Shown here piece after piece: positions 49,303-59,386 of a stretch of DNA of 64,000 bases. The notes below the pieces were generated by a model. That model ran no database searches. It had not been told where the DNA came from and worked only from the letters and a program-made list of their open reading frames with translations. Where the stretch lies: assembly GCA_947459525.1 (NCBI GenBank), contig CANHDW010000001.1, positions 3,714 through 67,713 of the forward strand, written 5' to 3'. Every line of letters starts with the position of its first letter. Positions within the stretch are counted from its first letter, which is position 1. The stretch is from Candidatus Caenarcanales bacterium. Lineage in GTDB: Bacteria > Cyanobacteriota > Vampirovibrionia > LMEP-6097. The position numbers were made by a program, and so were the translations under genes.

Positions 49303-52032
49303 ATGTTTGAAAGATTTACAGAGAAGGCGATAAAAGTCATAATGCTGGCTCAAGAAGAAGCTAGAAGACTTGGTCATAATTTCGTTGGCACAGAGCAAAT
49401 CCTGCTCGGACTTATCGGTGAAGGTACTGGTGTAGCCGCAAAGACGCTCAAATCGATGGGAGTAAATTTAAAAGATGCTCGCATTGAAGTAGAAAAAATT
49501 ATAGGTAGAGGCTCAGGCTTCGTAGCAGTCGAAATTCCATTTACACCGAGAGCTAAATGGGTCTTAGAGTTAAGCTGGGATGAAGCTAGACAGTTCGGAC
49601 ATAACTATATAGGTACGGAACACCTTTTATTAGGCTTAATCAGAGAAGGTGAAGGAGTTGCTGCTAGGGTTTTAGATAATTTAGGTGTAGATTTAGCGAA
49701 AGTTAGACAGCATATTATTAGATTACTTGGCGAGTCTGGTTCTAACTCTACTGCTACTGGTGGTTCTGGCAGTAGTACTAATAATTCTTTATTAGGAGTA
49801 GGTTCTAATAAAAATGCTAACCAAAATACTAGAACTAGAACTCCTACTTTAGACGAATTTGGTACAGATCTCACTTTAGCTGCTGCCGAAGGCAGATTAG
49901 ATCCAGTTATTGGGCGTGCTGAAGAGATAGAAAGAGTAATACAGATATTAGGCAGAAGAACTAAGAATAATCCTGTATTAATAGGTGAACCCGGTGTCGG
50001 TAAAACTGCTGTAGCTGAAGGCTTAGCTCAAAAAATAGTCGCAAATGACGTGCCAGATATTTTAGTTGGTAAAAAATTAATCGTTTTAGATTTAGGTCTT
50101 TTAGTCGCTGGAACTAAATATAGAGGCGAATTTGAAGAAAGACTTAAAAAAATAATGGATGAAATCCGCACTGCTGGAAATATGATGTTAGTCATAGATG
50201 AACTGCATACTTTAATCGGCGCTGGAGCAGCTGAAGGTGCTATAGATGCAGCTAATATTTTAAAACCAGCACTCGCTCGTGGAGAACTTCAGTGTATCGG
50301 TACTACTACTTTAGAAGAATATCGTAAACATATAGAGAGGGATGCTGCGTTAGAAAGACGTTTTCAGCCAGTAATTATAGACTCTCCTTCTGTAGAAGAG
50401 ACTATTCAGATTATTATTGGTCTAAGACAGAAATATGAAGAGCATCATCGCCTAATCATCACTGATGCCGCTGTGGAAGCTGCTGCTAGATTATCTGATC
50501 GATATATTTTTGATAGACATTTACCAGATAAGGCCATTGACCTTATCGATGAAGCTAGTTCTAGAGTAAGACTTAAAGCTAGTGGCTTGCCACCAGAAGC
50601 TAAAAAGCATGAAGATGAATTAGTTACTATTTCAAGACAGAAAGAAGAAGCTATTCGCCAGCAGGAGTTTGAGAAAGCTTCACAGCTTAGAGATCAAGAA
50701 AATAATATTAGAGAAAAAATTCGTAGCCTCCAAGAAGAATGGAGAAGAGAACAAGAAAAAAATAAACCTACAGTGGGCGAAGAAGAGATAGCTGAAATAG
50801 TAGCTAGCTGGACTGGAATACCTGTTGGTGACTTGAAAGCTGGCGAGAATGACAAGCTAAGACAGATGGAAGATACTCTTCATGGCAAAATTATAGGTCA
50901 GGACTCAGCTGTTACAGCAGTATCGAAAGCTATTAGAAGAGCTAGAGCTGGATTAAAAAATCCAGAAAGACCGATAGGTTCTTTCGTATTCTGCGGTCCT
51001 ACTGGTGTAGGTAAGACTGAACTCGCTAAAGTTCTCGCTGATTATTATTTCGGCAGTGCTGATAATTTAATCAGAGTTGATATGTCTGAGTACATGGAAA
51101 AGCATACTGTAAGCAAGCTTATAGGTTCGCCTCCTGGGTATGTTGGTTACGGCGATGGCGGTCAATTAACTGAAGCTGTTCGTAGAAAGCCTTACAGCGT
51201 AGTACTTTTCGATGAAATTGAGAAAGCTCACCCTGACGTATTTAACGTTATGTTACAGATGTTAGATGATGGCCATTTAACTGATAGTAAAGGCCGTAAA
51301 GTTAGCTTTAAAAATACTATTATCATCATGACCTCTAACGTCGGTGCTCAACGCATGAACAGTGATTTCGGTGTAGGTTTCTTCGCTTCTAATACTGAAG
51401 AACAGGCTGAAGATGAAAAATATAAGCGTATGAAAGATGCGGTTATGGAAGAGATGAAACGTGCATTTAGACCAGAATTCCTGAACAGGCTTGATGATAT
51501 CGTCATATTTAAACACTTGACTCGTACTGATATGCGTAAGATAGTCGACATCATGAAGAAAGATCTAGAAAGTAGACTGAAAGAAAAGGGCATGACCATT
51601 ACTCTTACAGATGAAGTTAAAGATAAAGTCTCGACTGAGGGTTATAACAGAACCTATGGTGCAAGACCGATGAAGAGAACTATACAGAAGCTTCTTGAAG
51701 ATCCTATTTCAGATTCTCTCATTAATGGTGAACATACAGATGGAGACGAGATCGAAGCCTATGTAATTTTCGAAGCAGAGTTTCCTAAAGATAAAATTTA
51801 TGAAAAACCAGAAGATGTAACTGAAGAGACTAAAGATGCTGATAAGAGACAGGCTTTAGTTAAAGCTCAGATTAAATTTAGAGTTACTGGTAAACTACCT
51901 CCAGAGAAACAGGAAGAGCTAAAAAGGTCTACTATTAAAAAGAAAAAGAAAGCTCTTGGTCTTAACGGAACAGGTGGTGGAGTAGGATCTGAGACTGGTG
52001 GTGGTGAGCCTGTTGGTAATAGGGCTGGGTGA
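49303..52032 (+). CDS. clpC: ATP-dependent Clp protease ATP-binding subunit ClpC (with UVR motif and ~90-aa Gly/Lys-rich C-terminal extension)
   Basis: 909 aa; the N-terminal Clp repeats [47 protein letters not shown] look nearly identical to cyanobacterial/plastid ClpC as I recall it. Two AAA modules ([16 protein letters not shown]) and a UVR motif ([12 protein letters not shown]). Confidence 0.95.
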   Translation: MFERFTEKAIKVIMLAQEEARRLGHNFVGTEQILLGLIGEGTGVAAKTLKSMGVNLKDARIEVEKIIGRGSGFVAVEIPFTPRAKWVLELSWDEARQFGHNYIGTEHLLLGLIREGEGVAARVLDNLGVDLAKVRQHIIRLLGESGSNSTATGGSGSSTNNSLLGVGSNKNANQNTRTRTPTLDEFGTDLTLAAAEGRLDPVIGRAEEIERVIQILGRRTKNNPVLIGEPGVGKTAVAEGLAQKIVANDVPDILVGKKLIVLDLGLLVAGTKYRGEFEERLKKIMDEIRTAGNMMLVIDELHTLIGAGAAEGAIDAANILKPALARGELQCIGTTTLEEYRKHIERDAALERRFQPVIIDSPSVEETIQIIIGLRQKYEEHHRLIITDAAVEAAARLSDRYIFDRHLPDKAIDLIDEASSRVRLKASGLPPEAKKHEDELVTISRQKEEAIRQQEFEKASQLRDQENNIREKIRSLQEEWRREQEKNKPTVGEEEIAEIVASWTGIPVGDLKAGENDKLRQMEDTLHGKIIGQDSAVTAVSKAIRRARAGLKNPERPIGSFVFCGPTGVGKTELAKVLADYYFGSADNLIRVDMSEYMEKHTVSKLIGSPPGYVGYGDGGQLTEAVRRKPYSVVLFDEIEKAHPDVFNVMLQMLDDGHLTDSKGRKVSFKNTIIIMTSNVGAQRMNSDFGVGFFASNTEEQAEDEKYKRMKDAVMEEMKRAFRPEFLNRLDDIVIFKHLTRTDMRKIVDIMKKDLESRLKEKGMTITLTDEVKDKVSTEGYNRTYGARPMKRTIQKLLEDPISDSLINGEHTDGDEIEAYVIFEAEFPKDKIYEKPEDVTEETKDADKRQALVKAQIKFRVTGKLPPEKQEELKRSTIKKKKKALGLNGTGGGVGSETGGGEPVGNRAG

Positions 52033-52174
52033 ATTTTAGGGCTTCCTGTAAATTTCTGGATGCTCATGGACATCACCTTCAGTATTAACACATTTACGTC
52101 AAACTGTTAAGATAACAAGTGCGTCTGTGTCATCTTTGCCCTATTTAAATCCTTAGCAGAAAAATTCCCTCGGT

Positions 52175-55100
52175 CTACGGGCGATTTTTCTCTAAAATTT
52201 CTGCAAGCTTCTTCCTGATCTTTAAAAGCTTATTTATCTCATCAGCAGTGAGTTTATTTTTATAATCAGTATCAGTAAATAATCTATCTACATAAAAAGT
52301 CGCCCTCGCTAAAGATGCAAAGCTGTAATTATAATCAGCAGCGAGATACAAAGCTTTTACATTAAAAGGATTTATTCTCAGGCAGTAATTTATATATTCT
52401 AAAAACTTATTATCGTCCTTCATTAAAAGCTTTATCTGAGCTAAATATAAATAGGCTTGATCCAAATTAGGATCTATTTTTAATGCTGCTCTAAAATTCT
52501 TATCAGCCTCATCATAAAAACCCTGCTCGAAATTCTTAACCCCAATTCCTAAAAGACTCTTATAATTTTTCTCATCAGCAGATGAAATATTTAATGGCTT
52601 GGGCTGAATTATTTCAGTGTCTTGAATTTCAGTATCTTCTTCTGCCTCAAGCTCTTCTTTTTTCTTCTTCTCTTCTTCTGATAGATTAGAATCAATCTCT
52701 AACTGTTTTTTCAGAGCTTCTTCCTTTAATCTTTTTTCTTTTATTAGCTGATTCTCTTTTAATTTATATTCAGCATCAGCTTCTGAAGCGGTCTTTAAAA
52801 CCAAAGTATCTTCCAGTTCATCCTCTTCACTTGACGAAGGAAGCCCCCAAGAACTTAAAGACTGTGTATAAAGCTTATTCTTATAAAACGAAACCCTGGC
52901 TTTTAAAGACTGTCCTGATAAGCCCTTTTGATAATTAGCTCTTAAAGCCTGAACTAAAGCTGTTTTCTCAGACTCAGAATTATATTTAACTAAAGATAAA
53001 ATATGCTCAAAAGACACATATGAAGTCAATGCCTGTAAGTTTTGGTTAATAGTTTCTGAAAATTTATAAAAGTTTTCTGCGGTATGAAACTCAAGTAAAG
53101 AATTATTAGCATTATTCAAGATCGGTGCAGCTAAATCCACACGAGGGACTTCAGTGATTAAAAGTTTTTTTACGTCTTTTGGCGTAAGCATAATATTAGC
53201 CATAAAATCTGCTGAATTATGTATAGAAATTCGATTTAGACTGGTTTTTAGATGAGGGAATTTATCTACATTAAAATCTCTGAAGCGAAAATCCTTATCA
53301 CTAGCAAGTATTATAATTTCAGCGGTACGTGGCGGATGAATTATCAGTAAATATTTAAAATTATGCTTAAGCGTATTTAAAGTGAGTAAAAGATATTTAG
53401 GCTCTAAAGAATAAAGCTGTAACCACTGCACGAATATTCCATCTTTAGAAAGCTTACTATGAGCTAATTTCCAGAATTCATCAGTAAACATATCTGCTGA
53501 TAGCCACGGATCGGAAGGCTGAGAAACGATTAAATCATATTTTTCTCTAGATGATTTAATAAGCGAGCGAGCATTGCCATGATATCTAGTAATTTTCTTG
53601 TCTGGAATAGCTTGCCAAGCCTGAGAAAAGAATTTATCAGCAGCCTTAAAGACAATATCTTCTATCTCCGCCACACATAACTTAGCATCACCACTAATCA
53701 TCGCAAGTGAGTCTAAAGTAATCCCAGACCCCATTCCAATAAGTAAAATATTATTAAATTCATCTTTAAAATACTTAGGAGCGACCCCGAGTAAAACTTG
53801 TGTCTGCATATCAGCGGCCGAGAATATTCCATCCTCAATAGGAATACCAGCTTCAACCTTCGCATTATTTTTCAGATAAATAGTGTTAGCAAAATTATCT
53901 TTAATCACAGTTACGGTAGAATAAAGACCATCTTGATGAAACAAAACCTCTTCCTGAGTATCATCTAAATAATATCCCTGTTCACTTCTATACTTTAAAG
54001 CATAATAAAGTTCGGCTCCACTAGCCGTTCTCGCTGTAATAAAATTAGGCTTTAAAAAAATCAAAGCTATAAAACACAAAGCAGCAATAAAAAATAAAAA
54101 ATACTGTTTCTCTTTAGAGAAACTAAGAGTAATAACTAAAGTAAGTAAAGCTATTAAATTAAATATCAGCAAACACTGATTAAGACCACCTTCTAGCGAA
54201 GGAATAAAAAAGAAAACTGTAACCAAAGAGCCAAGAATACCTCCAAGAGTATTAATAGAAAAAACCTTACCAATGTTAGCACCTGCATAAAGCACTCTAG
54301 ATCTATCATTCAGGTAATCACTATAGGTAAATATCTGTAATAAATAAGTACTAGCAAAAGCTATAGTCGCGGAAACTGGTACCACTACTATACTAGCCAG
54401 TACGAATTTCATAAAACTCAAAGCAACTTTATATAAATCTTCACGATGAAAATCATTTAACAAAAATCCCACTGAATCTATCAAATATAAATAAGTATTT
54501 GTAAGTGATTTAAAGCTAAAGGAACTAATAAAAATTAAAGCTGCTAAAAGCAAAACAAGCCAGTTAATATGCTCTATATCATTTTCAAAACTTTTACTCT
54601 GACTAAGCTGTAGAGGTTTAGCTACTAAATAGAATATAAAAGTTCCTAAAGCAAGGCCAAATATAACTGCCGCCAGAACCATGGCAAAAGAATAAACTGA
54701 ACTAGCAAGAATAAGACTAAAAGCCCTCATCCAGACCAGTTCAAGCCCTAGCAAAATAAAGCCAAAGGCAAAACTTACCCAGAGTAATACCTTAGATCCT
54801 TGAACCTCGATGTTCAAAGAAACTTCATCCTCCACATTATCATCATCAAAAGCTCTTGGTAACTGATTTTTCGGGCTATGCAGGCTAAGGTTCAAAGTGA
54901 ATATTTTAATCGACTCAAAAATCTCAACTACTACAGCTTTCATATTCACTAGAGAGCCTATAAAACTTAAAGTAAATATAGAAAGATGCAGAATCGCAAG
55001 ATTATGTAAAGTAAGCTTTAAACCAAACTGTTTAAAAGCAAAGAAAATTACAAAAACAATAGCAATCAATCCAGCAAAGGTATTCACAAAATAAATCTTA

Positions 55101-55519
55101 GATACCGTATTAGATTTCTCTGTACCATTCTCACGATAAGCCACATAGAAATTACTCAATAATGGAAATAAGCTACCTAAGAGTATGGAAATAGGGGCTA
55201 ACATTAATGAAGAGAGTAAACGTTCTGGATTAAAGAAATTAGCAGTTAAATAAGTTAAAAAAGCTAAAACTAAATTTAGAATACTAAAGATAAAGAGAGA
55301 AGCAAAAGAACTTTTCGCAGGATAAAAAAATTTACTCAAAGCGGCAGCGAAATAAGAACCAATAGCGATGCCACCAAAAAAAATTATTAAAACTAAGGCT
55401 GTACTTAATGATTCCGAAATAAAGACCTGCTTTAGAATACGTGACCAAGAAAGTTCATGTACCAATGCAGCAAAGCCACTTAAAAAAAAACAAAGATAGG
55501 CTATTAGCTTAATTATCAT
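52175..55519 (-). CDS. Large polytopic membrane protein fused to a spermidine-synthase-like (SAM-MTase fold) domain and C-terminal coiled-coil/TPR region
   Basis: 1114 aa; about 12+ TM helices in the first ~500 aa, then LIGMGSGITL...VAEIEDIV...DLIVSQPSDPW (spermidine synthase-like motifs), a K/E-rich coiled region and TPR-like helices (ALKIDPNLDQAYLYLAQI). Confidence 0.7.
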   Translation of the reverse strand: MIIKLIAYLCFFLSGFAALVHELSWSRILKQVFISESLSTALVLIIFFGGIAIGSYFAAALSKFFYPAKSSFASLFIFSILNLVLAFLTYLTANFFNPERLLSSLMLAPISILLGSLFPLLSNFYVAYRENGTEKSNTVSKIYFVNTFAGLIAIVFVIFFAFKQFGLKLTLHNLAILHLSIFTLSFIGSLVNMKAVVVEIFESIKIFTLNLSLHSPKNQLPRAFDDDNVEDEVSLNIEVQGSKVLLWVSFAFGFILLGLELVWMRAFSLILASSVYSFAMVLAAVIFGLALGTFIFYLVAKPLQLSQSKSFENDIEHINWLVLLLAALIFISSFSFKSLTNTYLYLIDSVGFLLNDFHREDLYKVALSFMKFVLASIVVVPVSATIAFASTYLLQIFTYSDYLNDRSRVLYAGANIGKVFSINTLGGILGSLVTVFFFIPSLEGGLNQCLLIFNLIALLTLVITLSFSKEKQYFLFFIAALCFIALIFLKPNFITARTASGAELYYALKYRSEQGYYLDDTQEEVLFHQDGLYSTVTVIKDNFANTIYLKNNAKVEAGIPIEDGIFSAADMQTQVLLGVAPKYFKDEFNNILLIGMGSGITLDSLAMISGDAKLCVAEIEDIVFKAADKFFSQAWQAIPDKKITRYHGNARSLIKSSREKYDLIVSQPSDPWLSADMFTDEFWKLAHSKLSKDGIFVQWLQLYSLEPKYLLLTLNTLKHNFKYLLIIHPPRTAEIIILASDKDFRFRDFNVDKFPHLKTSLNRISIHNSADFMANIMLTPKDVKKLLITEVPRVDLAAPILNNANNSLLEFHTAENFYKFSETINQNLQALTSYVSFEHILSLVKYNSESEKTALVQALRANYQKGLSGQSLKARVSFYKNKLYTQSLSSWGLPSSSEEDELEDTLVLKTASEADAEYKLKENQLIKEKRLKEEALKKQLEIDSNLSEEEKKKKEELEAEEDTEIQDTEIIQPKPLNISSADEKNYKSLLGIGVKNFEQGFYDEADKNFRAALKIDPNLDQAYLYLAQIKLLMKDDNKFLEYINYCLRINPFNVKALYLAADYNYSFASLARATFYVDRLFTDTDYKNKLTADEINKLLKIRKKLAEILEKNRP

Positions 55520-57611
55520 AAATCGCCTCTAACGCTGATATAAATTTTACTCCAGCTAGCTCTAGGGGATTATTAATTGAAAAATTAACCCAAGAATTGA
55601 CTCGCCTAGGCAGCCAAGTTTTACTAGCTAAACTTGCAGATTTTTTTTGATTACATTCTCTACAAGTAGCAAAAAGATTACGAGAGTCTAAATTCAAGAC
55701 CGCAAATTTAGCTGCTGGTAAATGATGATCAAAAGAAGCTTTATGTGCTTCAAGCAGATGCTCACTAATTTTTTCATTGCGTGCATTAAGCCAAGAGATT
55801 GACTCAGATTCAGCTCTAAGTAAAACCTGTTTCACCACCTTAGGATGAATAAGTGCTCTAGCACAGTATACACATGAATAATTATCTCTCGCCCAAATCT
55901 CTTCAAGCTGCCTTAGAGGAGGTCTCAGACTAGGTCTTGAAAGTTTAGTCGCCAGTTTCTTTTTAGAGAGTAGTTTCGTCACAGCTCCTTTTTCGAAAGA
56001 AGTACCTTCCGTTATTATGGCTGACTCGTTTAAAGAGTTAGATTCTGCATACAGCAAATTATCCTCAGATTTAGTCTTTAAGAGCTTCTTCGTAAATATT
56101 TCCAAAGAGTCTAAATATAAATCCTGAATACTTTCATCTATTGGAAATAAGTTACCTGAAACTAAAAAGCCAAAAGACTGATCAGAATTAGCACTAAAAA
56201 TCTCAAAAGACTCTTTAGGCTCATCAATATTAATACCTTCAAGGTAATCAGAGATATCTCCTTCTATGAAATTTACCTCAATAGACGGGAACCTTGCAAG
56301 AAATGATAAAGTCTTATCATTATCGCTCTGAGACTGATACACGATACTACTTTCACTCACTTCAGAATCCTGAGGAGTCAGCCTTGAACTTGCACCTTCG
56401 GCAACAGTACCCTGAGGGGGCTGCTCGCAATCTTCAATTGATGTTGCAGGCTCGGCATCGCTGGAAATTACACTACGGTCATTCGTCCTCCTCAGTATTG
56501 AAGGTGTATATTCTCTTTCAGAAAAAAGACTAGGACGCTCCTTACCACTAAGATCCGAGTCAGCATGAGGTTCTAAATCTGCAAGCACTGGGTTGAAAAT
56601 CTCTAACTGTCTATATTCTGAACATTTATAAAAATAATCAGATAAATTCGTAGAAATCGCTGTAATTAAAGTTCTATAAATTTCATTAGCGTGCAGGTAT
56701 TTAACTTCTTGCTTACGTGGATGCACATTAACATCAACTTCTGAGCTAGGTAGCTCTAAGTTAATAATAACAAGAGGATATTTCTTAGCAGGTAATAAAT
56801 CCTTATAAACCTTATCTACAGCAGATCTTATCGTATTACATTTAAGGATGCGTTTATTTACAGCAGTGAAGTAATATCTTTTATCACTGCGATTCAGCTC
56901 TGGAGCTGCTATATATCCAGAAACTTTAATCGCTCCAGTATTATATTCGAAATTAATTAAATGCTCGAAAGCAGATCTACCGAACAGTTCACGTACAGTA
57001 ACTTTAAACGGCTGATCTTTTAAAACCTTAAACTGAGTTTTCCCATCAATTACAAGCTCAAAAGAAATATTAGAGTTAAAGATAGAAAAGGCTTTCAGTA
57101 GATCTATGATATCCTGCTTCTCTTTTACCGCAGATTTCATAAATTTCAACCGGGCCGGGGTATTATAAAAAAGCTCATCTACCTCTATACTAGTACCTAC
57201 TCCAGCACCTACAGAAGATGTTTCTTCTCTATCGGCATCTATATAAAACTTTGTAGCATCAGCTTCAGATGCAGTTTTACTAATACAAGTAACTTTACTT
57301 ACAGAGGCTATACTCGCTAAAGCCTCTCCTCTAAAGCCATTAGAGTCTATAGAAAATAAATCTTCTATTTCCGTAATTTTACTAGTCGCATGACGAGTAA
57401 AAGCTAAAGGTAATTCATCTGCTGGAATGCCAGAACCATTATCAGAAACTTTAATACACCTAAGCTGCTTACTCAGTTCTATGGAAATCGAATTAGCACC
57501 AGCATCTATACTGTTCTCGACTAATTCCTTAATGACTGATAAAGGTCCTTCTACTACTTCACCAGCAGCTATTTGATTAGCGATTAAATCAGATAGTATT
57601 CTTATCGGCAT
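55509..57611 (-). CDS. mutL: DNA mismatch repair protein MutL (GHKL ATPase N-domain) with C-terminal HNH nuclease motif
   Basis: 700 aa; the N-terminus LIANQIAAGEVVEGPLSVIKELVENSIDAGA...DNGSGI...GFRGEALASI is MutL. The C-terminus has CVYCARALIHPK...SFDHHLPAAKF...NLFATCRECNQKK (an HNH signature). A canonical DQHAxxExxxxE MutL endonuclease motif is not seen. Confidence 0.85.
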   Translation of the reverse strand: MPIRILSDLIANQIAAGEVVEGPLSVIKELVENSIDAGANSISIELSKQLRCIKVSDNGSGIPADELPLAFTRHATSKITEIEDLFSIDSNGFRGEALASIASVSKVTCISKTASEADATKFYIDADREETSSVGAGVGTSIEVDELFYNTPARLKFMKSAVKEKQDIIDLLKAFSIFNSNISFELVIDGKTQFKVLKDQPFKVTVRELFGRSAFEHLINFEYNTGAIKVSGYIAAPELNRSDKRYYFTAVNKRILKCNTIRSAVDKVYKDLLPAKKYPLVIINLELPSSEVDVNVHPRKQEVKYLHANEIYRTLITAISTNLSDYFYKCSEYRQLEIFNPVLADLEPHADSDLSGKERPSLFSEREYTPSILRRTNDRSVISSDAEPATSIEDCEQPPQGTVAEGASSRLTPQDSEVSESSIVYQSQSDNDKTLSFLARFPSIEVNFIEGDISDYLEGINIDEPKESFEIFSANSDQSFGFLVSGNLFPIDESIQDLYLDSLEIFTKKLLKTKSEDNLLYAESNSLNESAIITEGTSFEKGAVTKLLSKKKLATKLSRPSLRPPLRQLEEIWARDNYSCVYCARALIHPKVVKQVLLRAESESISWLNARNEKISEHLLEAHKASFDHHLPAAKFAVLNLDSRNLFATCRECNQKKSASLASKTWLPRRVNSWVNFSINNPLELAGVKFISALEAIYDN

Positions 57612-58834
57612 TAAAATAAATGACCTAATTTATTTTTCTTAGTCTCTAAATATTTTTCATTATGCTTACAAGATTCATAATGCAGTGGAACTCTTTCCGT
57701 AATTTTTAGACCATATCCCTCTATTCCATAAATCTTCTTCGGATTATTAGTGAGTAGCTTAATCTCCTTAAGTCCTAAATCAGAAAGTATTTGCGCTCCT
57801 ACCCCGAAGGTTCTTAAATCAGCAGGGAAGCCCAACTGTAAATTCGCTGAAACCGTGTCGTGACCTTCATCTTGAAGTTCATAAGCCTTTAATTTATTTA
57901 AAAGACCTATGCCCCTACCTTCCTGCCTTAAATATACTAAAACACCTAAACCAGCTTCACGAATCTGCTTAATCGCTCCATCTAACTGAGTTCCACAGTC
58001 ACAGCGTAAACTTCCAAATAAATCTCCAGTTAAGCATTCACTATGCACCCTAACTAAAACTGGCTTAGAATCTTCAACAGCTTTCTCTAAATCACCTAAA
58101 ACTAAAGCTACATGCTCTTTATCAGATAAGGAATCTTTATAACCATAAATTCTAAAATCTTCGGAATACTTATTTGGCAGAGCTACATCCACGATACGAT
58201 GCACGAAACGCTCTTTCTTTAATCGATACGCTACTAAATCAGCAATAGTAATGAATTTCAACCCAAACTCTTTAGCATATTTAAAAAGATCATCACGCCT
58301 AGCCATCTCACCATTATCTTTAAGAATTTCACAGATAACTCCAGATGGCTTAAGACCAGCTAAGCGAGCAAGATCCACAGAAGCTTCAGTATGCCCGACC
58401 CTCTTTAAAACACCACCCTCTACAGACTTAAGAGGAAAGATATGCCCAGGTCTTCTGAGATCACTCGCGACTACGTCATTAGCTAAAGCTACTTCTATAG
58501 TCTTCGCTCTATCAAAAGCACTAATACCAGTAGTTACCCCAAAACGTGGATCAGCATCAATACTAATAGTAAATGCTGTTTTATTAGCATCAGTATTCTC
58601 CCTAACCATATCATCTAAATTAAGCTTCTTGACAGTCTCTGAATCTAAAGTTAAACAAATCAAACCACGAGCATGTTTACTCATAAAATTAATAATCTCA
58701 GGGCTTACTTTCTCAGCAGCACAGATCAGATCACCCTCATTTTCACGATTATCATCATCAGCGACAATAATCATCTTTCCGTTACGAATATCTTCTATAG
58801 CTGATTCTACGGTATCAAAATCTGATGAGGTCAT
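57611..58834 (-). CDS. ribBA: Bifunctional 3,4-dihydroxy-2-butanone-4-phosphate synthase / GTP cyclohydrolase II
   Basis: 407 aa; the RibB half (MIIVADDDNRENEGDLICAAEKV...RGHTEASVDL) and the RibA half (CxxGxxxGSLRCDCG...LLTNNP) are both recognisable. Confidence 0.92.
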   Translation of the reverse strand: MTSSDFDTVESAIEDIRNGKMIIVADDDNRENEGDLICAAEKVSPEIINFMSKHARGLICLTLDSETVKKLNLDDMVRENTDANKTAFTISIDADPRFGVTTGISAFDRAKTIEVALANDVVASDLRRPGHIFPLKSVEGGVLKRVGHTEASVDLARLAGLKPSGVICEILKDNGEMARRDDLFKYAKEFGLKFITIADLVAYRLKKERFVHRIVDVALPNKYSEDFRIYGYKDSLSDKEHVALVLGDLEKAVEDSKPVLVRVHSECLTGDLFGSLRCDCGTQLDGAIKQIREAGLGVLVYLRQEGRGIGLLNKLKAYELQDEGHDTVSANLQLGFPADLRTFGVGAQILSDLGLKEIKLLTNNPKKIYGIEGYGLKITERVPLHYESCKHNEKYLETKKNKLGHLF

Positions 58835-58921
58835 TAGACTTAAGTATAACTTAGTAGAATGTCCTCATTCATAGTTAAAAATAATGAAAAATAAATTTTA
58901 ATTCCACTTAGCCTTAACTCT

Positions 58922-59257
58922 GTGTTAATCTACAAATGTTTTTCTCTGCTTATGGATCATTTCAACGATTTCGATAAAAACTCATTTGCATCATCAGAAG
59001 TAGCCCAAAAGGAACTGGTGCTGTCATTTTTCTCTTCAAGAGAAGTTGAGACCTACAGTCTGTATCAGTCTCTTGCTTTAGATCTTTATAGATCTATTAC
59101 TTTCTTTAGAACTTACGGAAAGGTAGAGAAATTCATCACAGCACATCAAGATTTTGCAGACTATAAAGAAGATATAGAAGAGCTTTGGGCTGAATTCGAA
59201 CATATGAACGAAGAAGAACTTGCAGAGGTATCTCTCAGAATACTTACAGATCTATAA
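58922..59257 (+). CDS. Hypothetical small acidic protein (~100 aa from M at 58952)
   Basis: ORF ends EEELAEVSLRILTDL; strongly acidic C-terminal half. It is followed by a canonical terminator. Confidence 0.45.
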   Translation: MLIYKCFSLLMDHFNDFDKNSFASSEVAQKELVLSFFSSREVETYSLYQSLALDLYRSITFFRTYGKVEKFITAHQDFADYKEDIEELWAEFEHMNEEELAEVSLRILTDL

Positions 59258-59289
59258 GATCAAAAAAAGGAATTCCCCTTTTTATTTGA

Positions 59290-59322
59290 AAAAACACCCG
59301 AAAGGGTGTTTTTTGTTTTTAA
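59290..59322 (+). terminator. Rho-independent terminator
   Basis: AAAAAACACCCGAAAGGGTGTTTTTTGTTTTT: a 6-bp GC-containing stem with a GAAA tetraloop followed by a T-tract. Confidence 0.85.
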
Positions 59323-59386
59323 ACGCCTTTTAATTTATCAAAATAAAAATTTTCCACTCTTTATAGTCTATAAGTGCTTTAATTTC

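Noticed and set aside
52033-52174. Possible inverted repeat (TTAACACATTTACGTCAAACTGTTAAG) in the convergent clpC / membrane-protein spacer
   Set aside because: On inspection the two arms are only partially complementary (several mismatches) and there is no T-tract. It is not convincing as a terminator or operator.
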